Shown piece after piece: positions 24,218 through 38,012 of a stretch of 64,000 nt of DNA. The notes below the pieces were generated by a model, which saw only the letters and a list, made by a program, of their open reading frames with translations, did no database searches and was not told where the DNA came from. Both the position numbers and the translations under genes were made by a program. Location: positions 1,000,880 to 1,064,879 of the forward strand of contig JAUZTB010000083.1 in assembly GCA_034780895.1 (NCBI GenBank). The letters are read 5' to 3'. The DNA is from Rhynchobatus australiae. Lineage: Eukaryota. Position 1 is the first letter of the stretch. Every line of letters starts with the position of its first letter.

Positions 24218-26270
24218 CTCCTCTTAAATCTGGTAATTTCTTCATCACATTGTATTTGTGGGCCGTTTTCATCATGGGTAAATATGTCCAGCATGCATGA
24301 ACAGATGTGTGTAGTGAGAAAGCACATGGCTGTCACCTGACTGTAACGACATTGACCCCTACTGGTCGGAGGACATCATTGATCCTCGGATCGGAAGTGA
24401 CACCTCTGTCAATCAAGCTGCAACTCCACCTACCCATCAGGTTTTGAGAATTGCTTTTGTTTCTGAAATGCCTGACCATTGGCTGTCGTAGGCAATTTTG
24501 CCCTTGACCCTCAAACCAGTGGCACGTTTCATTCGCTCATTGAGGCTCCACCCAGCTTCCTCGCACCATGGAAAGCGTTGCAGTTTCTCAGCCCTTCCTC
24601 TTTGATATCTCCAGGATTAGTTAGACAACTCTGCAGACATCGATGCTTAGAGTGCATCACCACGTGGTTTTGCAGCGTGTTACTCAGATTGTTGGCAGTG
24701 TTGGAGCCAATGATAGTGCGGGTCAAGTATTGATGTATTATATCCTGAACTTGTATATTCTTATTGTGTGCTGGTGTGTATCAGTGTGTGTGTGTGTGCG
24801 TAGTTCATCCCAGTTGCGATTCCCTCGCATGTTCGCGGTCTCCTGAGTGTGTGAGTGTGTATCTGCTCCCATCCATTCTGTCGCCGCGTTTGCCTTTATG
24901 ATTAAACTGGTATTGATCTCCACAGCTGGTGTCCAGAGTCATTAATCCCTAATGCCGAAAAGTACCATTTCACAGAACAATAGTTATTTATCCACGCCTT
25001 TCCGTAGGCATATGTCATCATTTAATGAAAATTATGAGAAGAATTTTCCGCTCTCCCTGTTAGTGAAAAAGTGGCGTTCTGACCAATTCATGAGCGATTT
25101 CACTCAGAGGGTGGTGAATTTGTGGACCGACCTTCGAGAGGCGGATACAATTGCAATGTTTAAAGGATCTTGGGACAGATACATGGATAGGGAATGTGCA
25201 GAGGGCTTTGGGCCAAAGGCGGGCATATGGATCTAGTTTATTTTGCAGGAAGATGGGCGAAGGGCCTACTTCCGTGCGGTATAACTCTGTGACTTTCTTT
25301 TACCGAACAGCTCGTCATGTGCGCTCTCTACTCCCTCAGTTGACGGCTTGCACCTGCAATTTGCAGCTCAGCACTTTTCTCACCATGTGGACATTAAATA
25401 TTGACTGAGGTTGTCGGTGTAATAAAATATGGGCGAGAAAGGCCGCACGTCCTTCACATACCCGGACAGATCCTGCTTCACCGAGTTTACAGCCGGGATA
25501 GATGGGGAATGGCGCCGTCCGCCCACTTCCATTTAAGGGGGAGTGAGGAGGAGGTCGAGAGGATTCAAATCTTCCCGTTGCCGGGATCACCACACACAGA
25601 CGGGGCAGGTCAGAGGACGCCGAGACTCGGAGGACTGCAGATTCTGGTATCTGTAGCAGCAAACAATCTGCTGCAGGAAGGCAGCGGAACGAGACCAACA
25701 GCACCCCGATAACATACACCCCAAGCCGGAGATCGCATCGCCAGTTACAACATCCGCGGCTATTCCAGGGTCGTCCGCCGCTTTTCCTTGTTTTTTTTTC
25801 GGAGGAGTTTCAGCCGTTCGCTACTTTGACAGAACCGCACGCCAGTGATCTGCGTCCACCTTATATCATTCGGTTTCTTCTGCACGTTAAAAGACATTGG
25901 ATTTCGTCTCTGAATATTAGTTGTAATCCTCTGCAGTCTATTTCATGGCGCGATCAGTGCTGATACCAGTGTGGGAGGACCCAGAAGACAGGGGATTGAT
26001 TTTTGACGACTGCTGTACCAGCCTCTGCTGTGAGCCGGGTGCTGGCTGTCTTCAAAGAAGAATTTTATTTTGAAGTTCCGTCCTTGTTAATTTTCTAAAT
26101 ATCTGCAAAGTGAAGGAACGTGCCGCATGCCACAGTGGCAACGAGGATGGGATGATTCTGTGTGAGGAGGGAGCACTGCAAAGAACAATTACGTGGCTCC
26201 AACCAACAGAAGGCCGCACTCGAGATGAAGGCAGACCACATGTGGTGAGCTTCAGAACCTTGTGAGATCT
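24218..26270 (+). repeat. Third copy of the E/F-type intron block
   Basis: Colinear with 21918-23877; its end (26100-26260) matches intron 32810-32970 of cassette A. Confidence 0.85.
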
Positions 26271-26469
26271 CAGCAATGGGGAAACAGGAGTGACTTGTCC
26301 ACGGGGAAGACTCAAGCGCTCAACAAAACCCCGGGCGCCATCTGCGTTTGTGGAGTTTACATATTCTCCACGTGACCGCGTGTGTTTCCCCGGGGACCTC
26401 CTGTTTCATCCCAAACAGGTGCGTGTTGTAAAATTAATTGACATCTGCACCGGGTTATCATCATCTACC

Positions 26470-28800
26470 CTGCCATTCCCTCCCTTTGAGGCTGAGCGGT
26501 CTGTTCTCAGCAAAGGCCCTATATTCGTACTCGACACCCGCAGCTGACCGAATTCCCAGCCCCGCAATATGCCAAGCTCTTTTCCGCCTCTGTGCTTTCT
26601 ATTTCCGTAAGAAGTCTTCTCGACCTGATGATCCCTACGCCAGCCTCCAGCCCACGTCAAACACCTGAAGTCCCCCACCTGGCCTGGAACGATTCCTCGC
26701 CAACTGTCGGTGCGACATCAGCCTTTATATCTTCACTTTCCTGCTGCCCTCACCCACTCCAACCACCTCTTCGGAACGCTCAGCTTCCCACTGCTTCCGC
26801 ACGAATCCGGAGATAGTCATCAAAATAGCTGACAAAGGTGGTGCCGTGGCACTCTGGCCTCCTTACCGCTTGGTTGCAGAGGGCAAATGCCAACTCTCGG
26901 ACACTTCCTCCTAACTACCCCTGAACCGTGACCCCACAAAGAACCAACTGGACATTATATTTCACACGATCACTGAACTCATTAACTTGGAAAATCCATC
27001 CACCCGAATAGCTGCCGATTTGATTGTCCCACAACCTGGGACTGTCCGCTTCTATCTCCTCCCAAACATCCTCAAGACTGATTGCCCTCGCAGACCTATT
27101 TTCTCCGCATGCTCTTGCCTCATGGAGGTCATATATTCATTTCTCGAGACTATCATGGCCTTACTGCTCCAATCGCTTCCCACCTACATCCAGTACACAT
27201 ACCACTCTCTCCAACTCTTCCACAGCATAAGTTCTTCCATACGCACAAACTCATCTTCACCATGGATGTCCAGTCATGACATAACTTCATTCCCCATCAT
27301 GACGTCCTCACCGCCCTCCGCTTCTTTCTTGACCAGAGACATAACCAGTCCCCTTCCACTGACACTCCTCCTTCTGGCTCCACTTGTCCTCACTCAAATC
27401 AATTTCACTTTCCGTTCCTCTCACTTTCTAGAGACCAAGTGTGCAGCTATGGGCACTCGCATGTGCCCCAGTTATGTCTGCTTCTTCGTTGGCTACGATA
27501 AACAGTCTCTGTTCCAACCCTACTCCCGCCCGATTCCTCAAATCTTTCTCCCCTAGACCAACGATTGCATTTCTCCTCTTCTACCCGTGAAGAACTCATC
27601 GGTTTCAGAAATTTCACCACATTTTTTCACCCAGCTCGCTGATTCACTCCGACTATCGCCGACACCTGTCTCGCCTTCCATCTCCATCTCAGGATATTCC
27701 TTATACACCGACATCTTCTCCAGACCCACTGACGCCCAAGGCTGCCTCGATTACTGCTCCAGCCACCCTGTCTCTTGCAAAGACACGATCCCTTTTTCTC
27801 AATATCTCTGACTCCGCCGCATCTGCTCCCACGATGACGCTTTCGATTCCAGGACATCCGAGATATCCAAGATTTTTACTCAACCAGACTTCGCCCGACT
27901 GTGATGGAGAGAGCGCACACCCGTATCAACGCCATTCCCAGTAACACTGCTCGAACCCCACCCCACATCCGACCCAACAGGGATAGGGTCTCCTTGCCCT
28001 CACATTTCATCCTACCAGCCGACACACCCAACACCTCATTCTCCACCACTTCCGCCATCTCCAATGGGACCCCACCGGCTTCTGCCTTTCACAGTGTCTG
28101 ATCTCTCCCTGACTTCCTAGTTTACTACTCTTTCTCCCACCTATTCTGCTCCCACGTCTGGGACATTCCACTGCCCCCCATAGGTGCAACACCTGCCCCT
28201 ACACCATCTCCATCGCCTCCATCCAGGAAGCCAAACAGTCCTGTCTGGTGAGACAAAGATTTCACCTCCCGTCATGTCATCTACTGCACTTCGTGCTCCA
28301 AGTGTGGCCTCCACAACACTGGCGAGACCAGGGGCCAGTTTTGCAGTTCTCCTGCCCGACATCCGTAACCGCGATCTGCATCTTTCCATTGCCAGTCACT
28401 TCAACTCCCCCTGAAGTCCATATTTCAGTGCTCAGCCTCCTCCACGGCCAGCATTATTCCAAGCGCAAACTGGAGGAACAGCACAGCAGTTCCCGTCTTT
28501 GGACTTTGCAGCCGACCGGCACGAACATTGAATTCTCCCACTTGAAGTAACACCCGCAACACACACAAAACACTCCCAAACATGGCACTTCGTTACTTCC
28601 CTCACCCTATCTCGTTTTATTTTCTCGAGCACTACTTTCCCATCCTTAACATTGCCCCACCCCAAGTGGATCTGCTGTCCCTTCCTACTCTGCACCTGCC
28701 TATCACGATCTCTTTCCTGCATCTGCCTATTACCAGATTATGCCAATTCCGCCTCCCCGCATTCTTTCAATGAAGAACTCTGCTTTTCCCTGATATGCAT
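26470..28800 (+). mobile_element. Penelope-like retroelement (RT + GIY-YIG), frameshifted
   Basis: ADKGGAV; RFYLLP...KTDCPRRPIFSACSC; FTMDVQS; MGTRMCPSYVCFFVGY; endonuclease region ending IASHFNS...RKLEEQH...LQPTGTNIEFS. Confidence 0.9.
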
Positions 28801-28849
28801 TGGGCTTCCCCTTTTCCTATCTTTCCTTTATCAATCCTTTTCATTATTT

Positions 28850-29625
28850 TTCAGGTCAATAACAATGGTATATGTCATGAAAGTATGTACATATCTTACA
28901 AAGAGATCTGGTTCTCACTCAAATCTTAGATAACCATACAATAAAATATAGAGAAAAACAAAGTCCAGCGATCTCTTAGTTAATGCAGAGAGCACAAAAG
29001 ATGGGAAAGGTAAAAGTTTTATTGTATACATTTAAAAAAGAAAAAAGAAACCCCAAATCAATATATCAAAAAAATTATAAACAATGTAAACTAAGCAAAC
29101 AAAAATAAAAAAAAAGCTGGGCCAAAATTTCTCAATAGAAACAAAGCAATATTATGTCGTCAACTCCGTCCCTCCGAATTAAAATGTTAATGAAGGGGGA
29201 TCTACATCTTGTGAAAATGTTGGATAAATGTACTCCAAATGACTTCAATTTTAAGCGAAGGATCAACAGTACCACTCCTAATTTCTTCCAAATTTAAACA
29301 TGACATAGTTTGAGAAAACCATTGAAAGGTTGTAGTGGGTATTTGATCTTTCCATTTAAGCAAAATAGATCGCTTGGCCATGAATGTAACAAAGGCAGTC
29401 ATACGGTTAGCGGAAGCAGATAAATGGCCGGATTCAATCCTTGGTAATCCGAAAATTGCAGTAATAGGGTGCAGTTGTAAATCGATATTGAATACATTTG
29501 AAATAATGTTAAAAATATCTTTCCAGTATTTTTACGTAAGATGACAGGACGACAAGACCAAAACACGTGTGTCAAAGAGGTCACATTCGATTTACATCTA
29601 TCACATATAGGATTTATATGGTTGG
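28850..29625 (-). mobile_element. L1 (fish-type) ORF2 C-terminus and 3' UTR
   Basis: INPICDRCKSNVTSLTHVFWSC (zinc knuckle)...AKRSILLKWKDQIPTTTFQWFSQTMSCLNLEEIRS...WSTFIQHFHKM*. Confidence 0.88.
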
Positions 29626-30099
29626 AACCCCTTTTCCTATCTTCTGTCCTGAAGAAGGGCCCTGACCCGAGACGTTGACCGCCAGCTTTCCTCCACGGAT
29701 ATTCCAGCATCTGCAGTCCCTGGTTTCTCTAGTATGACCGTAAATTACCACTAGTATGTCCAGTCCAGAGAGAGTGTGGAGAAATGAACTGCACAAAGGC
29801 AGTCTGAGTGTAAATGGGTCTCGATGGTCAGCAGGATTTCAGAGGGCCAAAAGGCCTGTATCTATGTTTTATCTTTCTGTGACTTCCTATCCGAATTCCA
29901 TTGAGGAAGAATAAAATGGCGAGACAAGGGACGACAGATGCTGGAATTCAGGAAATATCGAAGCACTCTATTGAGCCAATTGCCCACACAGTTGCTTTGC
30001 AGGTCGGAGTCGGAGGGAGGTAGATGAGAAATTCGGGCTGGTCCACCAAGATTCTCTGGCACGTCCTCCAATATGCTGTAGGAAGTATCCTAACGGGTT

Positions 30100-30552
30100 C
30101 CACCTCAGCCTGCATGGCAGATATTGGTTCACTCCGACCAGTGTGATGTGTAGCATTCTGGTGTATTCAACTAGGGGAGAGCTCATACAGGGAATAGCAG
30201 AGCCCTGGATATTGTTGTAGAACAGAGAGAGTACTCGGAATGAATATACAAAAAGTGACGTCACGGGTGGAAAGGTGATCGAGTACAAGAGGTGGGACGT
30301 AATGTTACTTTTGTACAAGAAGTTAGTGATACCACACGTGGAGTACTCAGTGAATTTCTGGTCAGCTAGCGAATAGAATTAAACTGGAAAGGATGCCGAA
30401 GAGATTCACAAGGATATTTTAGGGACTGGAGCGTCTGACTCAGAAGGAGAGACCGGATAGGCTGGGGCTGTTTCCGTGAAGCATAGGAGGCCGACGGGTC
30501 ATCTGACCGAGGTTTATAAAATCATGTGGGGCACAGATAAAGTGAATGGTCA
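30100..30552 (+). mobile_element. Decayed CR1 ORF2 3' fragment (present in cassettes A-D)
   Basis: LLLYKKLVIPHVEYSVNFWS...RFTRI...EVYKIMWGTDKVN. Confidence 0.75.
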
Positions 30553-30594
30553 TTGTCGGTTAATCAAGAACTGGAAGTCTTCCAGTGTCCGCAA

Positions 30595-30890
30595 GGGACT
30601 GCTGAAGTCTTGGAACATCCCAGGATACAGGGATTCCAGGTGAGGGACGCACTGAAGCTCAGCTGAGCCACCGCAAATGCTGTGTGGGGAAGGAGCACAG
30701 TCTGCTGCCCAGCTGACACTGGACACTGAAGGGAAGAGTCCTGTGTAGCAGCTTATCAAACACTTCAGAGGTACATTGTTTAAGGATTGAGCAGGATTGG
30801 CGTTCAGGCAATGTAGGGGGATGCATCCATTCGATGTCACAATGAACGCAGAGAAAGATGTGCCCAACGATATTTACTGTATAAGTTTTG
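30595..30890 (+). mobile_element. Tx1-like 3' terminus upstream of the GPCR promoter (copies at about 45060, 48440, 52655)
   Basis: RDALKLS*ATA..WGRSTV matches the Tx1 C-terminus and aligns with 20790-21070. Confidence 0.72.
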
Positions 30891-31034
30891 ACTAACGTAA
30901 AGACATCAACTAAATTTCACCAGCTGAGATTCACGTCTTGGAGAATTATAGAGGAATTTTTCTGGTATTACGAAGCACAAGGCATCAGACAAAAAACGGA
31001 ATCCTCAAATAAATATATTTTTAAATTCACACAA

Positions 31035-31150
31035 TGGCGCCGAACTTCAGATCTGCATGGGGTTTGGTGAGCAATCGTTTCCATTGTGCAATTGCTGGCT
31101 AAGTATAACCTGGGCTGTTACAACAACGGGCTGTGCAAATGAATTAATCG
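31035..31150 (+). promoter_or_regulatory. Putative proximal promoter of GPR139-like genes (conserved block)
   Basis: ttccattgtgcaat..ctggctaa(a/g)tataacc is conserved in six copies about 200 nt upstream of the ATG, with TATA-like and SOX/C-EBP-like motifs. Confidence 0.5.
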
Positions 31151-31306
31151 AAGATATCTCTCCAGTCACTGCTATTAATCGACGAGTCCTGATGCACCAA
31201 TGATGTCAGCAGAGATTTCTCCAGAGTTACATAAGTACCTTCAATTCAGTCCGGGTCACAGATTCCCGCGGTGTCGAGGTGGAAGCTGCAGACAGGAGTT
31301 GAGAGG

Positions 31307-31403
31307 ATGAAGAGAGTACAGGAACTTGAGATTCTGATATTTCACGTCATTCTGGATATGCAGAACATTTATTACCCGGCTCTCGCAGTTGTTGGCATTC
31401 CTG
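31307..31403 (+). CDS. GPR139-like GPCR exon 1 (cassette A)
   Basis: MKRVQELEILIFHVILDMQNIYYPALAVVGIP-G|GTAAG, 97 nt, phase-1 donor. Confidence 0.88.
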
Positions 31404-33469
31404 GTAAGGCTCTGCATCTGGTTATTCAATCTGGTGTTTTCTTGATATGTTCCTAACTAACTATCACATTGAATTTTCGTGGCGTTTTTATCGTAGATCA
31501 TCGTGTTCTGCATTCATTACCAGTATGGGTATTTATACATGGCTTTCCCTCCGCAAGTGGCCACAAGTAATAACTATTATGTTCAGTATATTCCGCTGTC
31601 TGTGTTCGTGAAAATTTAGTGCCCTGACGGTCTCCCGGGCGATTTCACACCAGGGGTGGTGAATGTGTAGAGCGAGCTGCCAGCGGTCATGGCAGAGGCA
31701 GATACTATTACAATGTTCAAAAGACACTTGGAACGGTGCTTGGATCGGAGGTTTCGAGGGCTCTGGGTCAAACGCCTGGAGATGGATCGAACGCTGTTAA
31801 GCTATTGGAGTCGGTACGGACGAAGTGGGTCGAATGGCTTTGTTCAGTGCCGTATTAATTGACGACTATTTCTTTCATTCAAGCGCACACAGTGTGCGCT
31901 GCCTGCTATCTCAGCTGACGGTAGCACCTCCAATTTGCAGCTCAGTGTTCCCTGTTAAGATGTGGTGATTACATATTGACTGAGGTTAGCGATGCAACAA
32001 AATGTTGGCGAGAAGAGTCGCACGTCTTTTGCAGACCCGGCCAGGACCTACTTCACTGAGGTTACCGGCGGGATCGTCGCGGAATGGCCCAGTCTCTACC
32101 CGGGTTCAAGCGCAGAGGTGGAGATTCCGAAGAAGGTGAATGCTAAAAAAAGACAGCACTTGAATGATGCATCATGTCTATAAAATGGATGATTGGAATT
32201 ACATCGCGATAAATCATTTCAAGGGACTGAATTTGCAGTTCCAGGGGAGTAGATGATGAAGTATCGAGGATTCAATTCCTCCGGTTCCCGGGATCACCAA
32301 TCACAGACGGGGAAGGTTGAACAGACGCCGACACTCAGGGACTGCAGATGCTGGGATCTGCAGTAAAAAAATAATCTACTGCCGGAAGGCAGCTGTTCGA
32401 GCATAACACCGCCCCGATAACTCTCAACACAAGCGGGGTGGTGGGTGACTGCGTCGCCAGTTACAGCATCCGCAATATTTCAGGGACCGTCCGCCGCTCT
32501 GCTTTGTGTTTTGGGGGAATTTCTCCCGTTCACGACTTAGACAGAGCAGTACACCTGTCATCTGATTTCACCTTAAATCATTCGGGTAATTCTGCACGTT
32601 GAAATTAATTGGATATCGGCTCTGATTCTCAGTTGTAATCCTCTGCAGCCCACTTCATGCCGGGGTCGGTGATGATCCCAGCGTGGGCGGATTTTTAAAA
32701 CTGTGGATTGACTTTTGTTCCGCTGTTGTGCCAGCCGCTGCTGTGAACTGGGTGCTGACTGTTTTCAGCAAATAGGTTTTTATTCGAAGTCCCGCCCTTG
32801 TCATTTTTCCTCAGGGGCTGCAGAGTGAAGGAATCTGCCCGATGTTACAAAAGTAACGAGGATGGGATGTTGTTGTCTGAGGAGGTAACGCAGCAAAGAA
32901 GAATTGCGTTGCGGTAAACAACAGAAGGCGGCCCTCGAGATGACGGCATAACATATGTGGTGAGCTTCGGAAGGTTGAGATATCCCAGGCATGGGGGCTT
33001 TCCTGAGAACAAATTAGTGTCACGGTCCCGGGAGAAAACACAGAGCAAGGCATTCATTGTGAGAGAGAACGAAGCAACACTGAAGCCGGTAGAAGAGTCG
33101 GAGATATCTGAATGTAGGTGTGTCCTGCAGTCACAGAGCATAGAACACTACTGATGGCGCCATCAAGCAGAGCCAGATTTCTTGCATGCACGCTCTGATA
33201 ATCCTGATGGGATTGTGTGCTCAGCAGTTTGGGGAACTCGGTGAGGCACAAATTTATCGTGTGCATTGACGAAGCCGAAGAGTCTGTTGGCGAGTCTATT
33301 ATCAACTTGACGACATTATTTTAAGTTTTGCCATCGACCCTCTCCAATGGAGGGACTGTGACGAATGAGAGTATAACGACACTTGAATGTGCTCAGAATC
33401 AGTGCAAGTTCGGTTCGCTGTGGCCCTGTTCGCGAATCAGACATAACTCAAATGTATTTGTTGCGCTGC

Positions 33470-33765
33470 CTCTTTGCTGCAGCTGCAGAGTTGAATCCCA
33501 ACTTCGGGCGCTGTCGTCGTGCACGTAGAGTTTGCCCGTTCTCCATGGAACTGCGTGGGTTTCCCCCGGGTTTCCCAGTTTCATCCCAAAGATGTACGGT
33601 TTGGAAAATTCAATGATCACTGTAAGTTACCTGAGTATGTTGCATATAGAGAGAGCTGATGGGAATGTGGGGATATGAAATGGATTGAATAATTAATGTC
33701 AGGAGGTGCTTGACGTACGGCACCGAATTTATAGGCGAAGAACCTATTTCTCTGCTGCACGTGTC
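33470..33765 (+). mobile_element. Decayed V-SINE in the intron (paralog 50870-51160)
   Basis: gagtttgcccgttctccatggaactgcgtgggtttcccccgggtttcccagtttcatcccaaaga V-domain. Confidence 0.7.
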
Positions 33766-34152
33766 GATGTCTGTCTATCGAAATGTCGTTGAGGCAGAGT
33801 AAATTGGTCAGACAAGGGACTGCAGTTGCTGGAATCTGGAGCAGTAACGCGATTTCTGGAAGAACTCAGCGGGCCGACCAGCATCTGTCGAAGGAAAGGA
33901 ATTGTCGACATTTCCGGTTAGAAACCTGCATCAGGTCTGCGGGTGTAGAGGGTTGATCGTCATTATAAAGAGGAGAAGGGGAGCGGGTGGAAGGATTCGC
34001 ATCCAGTTGTTGGAATGTTGTCAGTTGCTGTCAGTTGTTGTTGGGCACGTCTGCGGTGTGGTCTGTTCTGGCAGCAAAAAGTGATCCACCACAGTGAGAA
34101 TTCTTCTCCATGACTGAGGTCTAATGTTTCACTGCTTTCTTCGCCCTCGCAG

Positions 34153-34199
34153 TGAACCTGGTGACCATTGTGATCCTGTCTCGGGGAAAGTGCGGACTC
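34153..34199 (+). CDS. GPR139-like GPCR exon 2 start (cassette A), truncated by gap
   Basis: Acceptor ttcttcgccctcgcAG; VNLVTIVILSRGKCGL is in frame with exon 1. Confidence 0.88.
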
Positions 34200-34299
34200 N
34201 NNNNNNNNNNNNNNNNNNNNNNNNNNNNNNNNNNNNNNNNNNNNNNNNNNNNNNNNNNNNNNNNNNNNNNNNNNNNNNNNNNNNNNNNNNNNNNNNNNN

Positions 34300-35140
34300 C
34301 CCAGGTCATGATATTCCACTGGGATACGGGAGAAGTCAGGGGCTTCGGCGGCTGACGAGCTAACAGGAACCTATACTGGAGAAATGGCCGACTGGAGACA
34401 TTTGGAATGCAAGAAAGGACTCCAACTGATTATCTTGCCCGTTGCTCAATCGAAGTGGGGATTGTGGCGGTTCAACCAAGAGTATCCAAGGACCATCGGC
34501 ATCTGTGGAGAGGTTATCATGTAGAATTGGATCTGTTCCCGATGGTTTCCGGAGATCAACAACGATAGCAGCGGTGTCCCGTGTGTGACTCGGGTCAACA
34601 GTTGGCCATCCAGTGCCCGAAGCTCCAGCAGTGCACTCAATGGCTCCAGGGGAATCCCTGCCCGGGAGGCTACCTTATAATCCAACATGTTCCCTTCGCA
34701 CCAGATTCCACCAAGGCAGAGAAGGACAGGGACTGTTGGAAGTGTGTGATGGTAGCTGGCACCAGCAACTGGTTCTGGGAGTTCCAAGGAAAAGACGTCT
34801 GGCTCGCCAGGAGCCTCCACTCTACTGAAGAGCCCTTCCCTATTGGCCGAAGGGGACAAGTGGCGAGGAGATGGCCGGGCTGGCCGCATTTCAGGCATCC
34901 CCAGCTCTTAATCTCCGACGTCGTTCGGAGGAAGGCGGTTCTGTCCTGGTTGAGTTGGTTGCTTCTCTGAGGTGGTGCAATCGACTGGGTCGGGAGCACC
35001 TCTTGGGACAGGAGAATGAATCAGGAGAGGCTGGGAAGGTGACCCGTGAGAGGAATGAAGGTGTGGGGCGAGTCATCCTCTCTCTCTGCCTTTCCCGGAG
35101 TCGGTTATCCAGCCTGGTGGCGAGAATGATCAATGCAATA
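34300..35140 (-). mobile_element. Gypsy (Sushi-type) LTR retrotransposon gag-protease fragment
   Basis: LATRLDNRLRERQRER; CCHC knuckle CLKCGQPGHLLATC; protease ALVESGA (catalytic D>E); LRALDGQLL...SGNHREQIQF...PMVLGYSWLNRHNPHFD; frameshifted. Confidence 0.9.
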
Positions 35141-35419
35141 TTATTGAGCAGCATTATTCCTTCATCTGTGCCAGGACAACTTGTCAACAACTTATCGTGT
35201 GAAGATTTCAGCGTCTGAATTCAATCTAAGCAGTTTATATGCGAGCACGAGGATGAATCTCGTTTTGTTCTGAAGTGTGATTGTTAGTGTGAGGATCATG
35301 ATGAGGGAGAATCCGGCAAATCTTTGTGTTCTGGATGATATGTGGAAGAGATTACTTCCTTCTACGCAGTTACTTCTGTACACCACCCCCAGCCAATGAT
35401 CACTCACTTTCATTCCTCT

Positions 35420-37885
35420 CCTCCACCCACTCTTTCTGTTCATCTGCCACACACTCCTCCCACTGGTCGATTCCACTTACCCCGTTCACATCTGGCCTCC
35501 CCGCCTCCTTTCTTTGGTCCAATGCTCCACCTTCCCCTCCCAGCAGATTCCATTATCTGCAGACTTTGTTGCCTCCATCTGTCATCTCCCAGCCTCTGTC
35601 ATTATTTCCGCCCTTCTCTCCTCCAGTTTCCAGATATCGGGATCCAACTTTCGCCTGCCAGTTTCTGCCCCGGCCATTCCCATCACCACTTTACACTAGC
35701 ACTCTCCTATTAATTTCAGTTCATGTGAAAAACTTGGAGCCGATACATCGAATGCCTGTTTCCCTCCACAGATGCCGGTTCCTTCCGCACTTAATGATTT
35801 TGCTTCCGATTCCAGCTTCTGTAGTTCTTATGTTTTCTGTGCATAATACCTTTTGTTTTTATGTCAGCGATGAGCATAAAATACCGGAGGTTACCCGTGA
35901 CCCGAACAACATGAGTGCAGGCAATTCCAATATTGTAATTAGAGACGCCGAAGGAAAGACTCAGTGCTTTTGAGTTCATGATGGACAATGAGGGATTTGC
36001 GAAGGGCCTCCCTGCACAGATCATTAGCTGTCTGCGTTTCATCCAAAACCAGGGGACATTCTTTCTCAGTAAGAAATGGGCAGTCGTTCAGATTGCTTCG
36101 TCTGGCAGGTTCCCAGAAAACCACTGCAATGTTGCAAGAAAAGATTGGAGCGATCTGATGTTTCGGGTCTTTAGTCGTTCAGTGTTCGATCTCCATTTCC
36201 TTATTGACAAGTCCCATTCATTTTAGGCCCTCGGTTGACAACTTCGTCTTTGAAAATTGGTTCCACATCAGTTACGCATAACATGAAAAACATTTATCCG
36301 GATCTTTGATGGCTCCGTGTCTCCGTATGGGAGAAATGTGAGTGTCTGTCTTTTTTATTGAAGTTACTACAATGGTTATAAATTGCTTTCGTGCAAGAAC
36401 ATGCTTTCAACTGTGGAAAATAAATTAATGAAAATGTTTGTAATGTTAGCGATATTTTTTGTTCTTTGTTTCCAGGAGCTGATGAATGCGGAATGTTTTC
36501 CAGTACTCAGATCACACTGACAGGTGATGTAGCGGGGACCTGATTCTCATCACTTGTCAAAGCTGTTGTGTGATTGTAGATGTCTACATGCACCGAGATT
36601 GTCCACTTGTTGAAGTGCCAGGAGATGGGCATGAACCTGTAGCATGAACCAAATTCAAGCCTACAGTAATTTACAAGCAATGCAACTCATGCCTGCTTTC
36701 TGTTTTCTGCTCTGTGTCCCACTTTGCTAATATTGGAACAGCCTACCGTACTGAATGGTTGGCCTGACAATGAGCACCGTGTTGTCACCTGCTCTCGCCA
36801 CATGATCCAAGCCTATCGAACCATAATGCCACACAAACATCAAGTGAACTGAATTCCCTCATATTTTTAGTTGTTTTCATCGCAGTAACAATCTGACGTG
36901 CCTTATTGAATGTGCGCATTGGTGTATCAAACATACCAGCCTGAATGCAGGGTAACACCGAAGAGATCCCAATATCTCAAGGAATGGTGAACGAACCAGC
37001 CAAGCTTACATCTACTTCTCATCTTCAATATCTTCTCCATAAACATGTAACGACGTCAGAAATCGAAGTCCACGTAGAATTTGTGCTTTCAATTAGAATG
37101 AAATAATCGAAATTAAATAGTCACACACTGGTTGGTAAAACCGGGAAGCAGACAGAAAATGCTGAACTGATGAAAACCTGAATAAACCTGATCTGCGAGA
37201 AACACACACGTTGGACAGAAACTGTAGAAATTCTCGGAATTGGAAGCCTAGATGTTAACCGATTGAGTTGGAGATATGTTGTGAAAATAATTATCTCAAT
37301 GAAAATCCCACCACTCTGTGATGATGTAGAGAAGGCTGGTCCTGATCATTTTGTTCAGTTATCGTAATTAATCCTGTTGCATTGGGACTCCATTCACTGG
37401 GTATTGCATTTTCTTGGCGATAAATGAAGCGAATTCTCTCCAGGTGTCGTTTCGAAAATTGTATCCGTTACCTGAATCAATATCACACGATGACTTTAAC
37501 CGAAAAACTAAAGATGACACAGAGTTTCCCGCTCAAGCTCCACTGTCAATGAAGGTTTGGCTCCACCCGCCCATCAAGTGCACACCCGAACGATTGGCCA
37601 TTTTAAGGTCCTTTGCCCTTGCTGGCACCGGGCCATTGGCCCTTTTGAGCGACCTGGCGTGGAACCCCTCGCCCTCCAGCACTATGATGAATTCCACATG
37701 TGTTTGGATCTTCCTCTTTTTTGTCTCTGAGGGACTCTGAGGAAAGTTATGCGCTGCTGAAGAGTAAACAGTTTGAATATCCCTCTGCCATAGAGCCGAC
37801 GCTTGTACTGAGTCAAGGAGAGTGGCAGGTGCTGTATTGTTTCTTTATTGATTTGTTTGTATCCAGTTTGTTGTATGTGTGCGTG
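35420..37885 (+). repeat. Tandem segmental duplicate copy 1 (about 2.5 kb)
   Basis: Colinear with 38013-40925. Confidence 0.9.
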
Positions 37886-38012
37886 CAACGCCCTTGTTGT
37901 GCTTTGGGGGGGNNNNNNNNNNNNNNNNNNNNNNNNNNNNNNNNNNNNNNNNNNNNNNNNNNNNNNNNNNNNNNNNNNNNNNNNNNNNNNNNNNNNNNNN
38001 NNNNNNNNNNNN

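Larger units (their letters stand above)
29820..34199 (+). repeat. GPR139-like cassette A (CR1 remnant, Tx1 3' end, promoter, exon 1, intron, start of exon 2)
   Basis: Colinear with 43790-47167, 47640-51796 and 51897-54873. Confidence 0.92.

Noticed and set aside
33230-33330. Gag-like EESVGE(S/Y)II.L stretch in the cassette intron (also about 50640-50720)
   Set aside because: Too short and degenerate to assign.
34446-34999. PEG10/RTL-like domesticated gene
   Set aside because: Frameshifts, stops and a D>E change in the protease site indicate an ordinary decayed Gypsy element.
37684-37740. ATGATGA...CTGA resembling a C/D box snoRNA
   Set aside because: No terminal stem, and the C box is not conserved in the duplicate near 40730.
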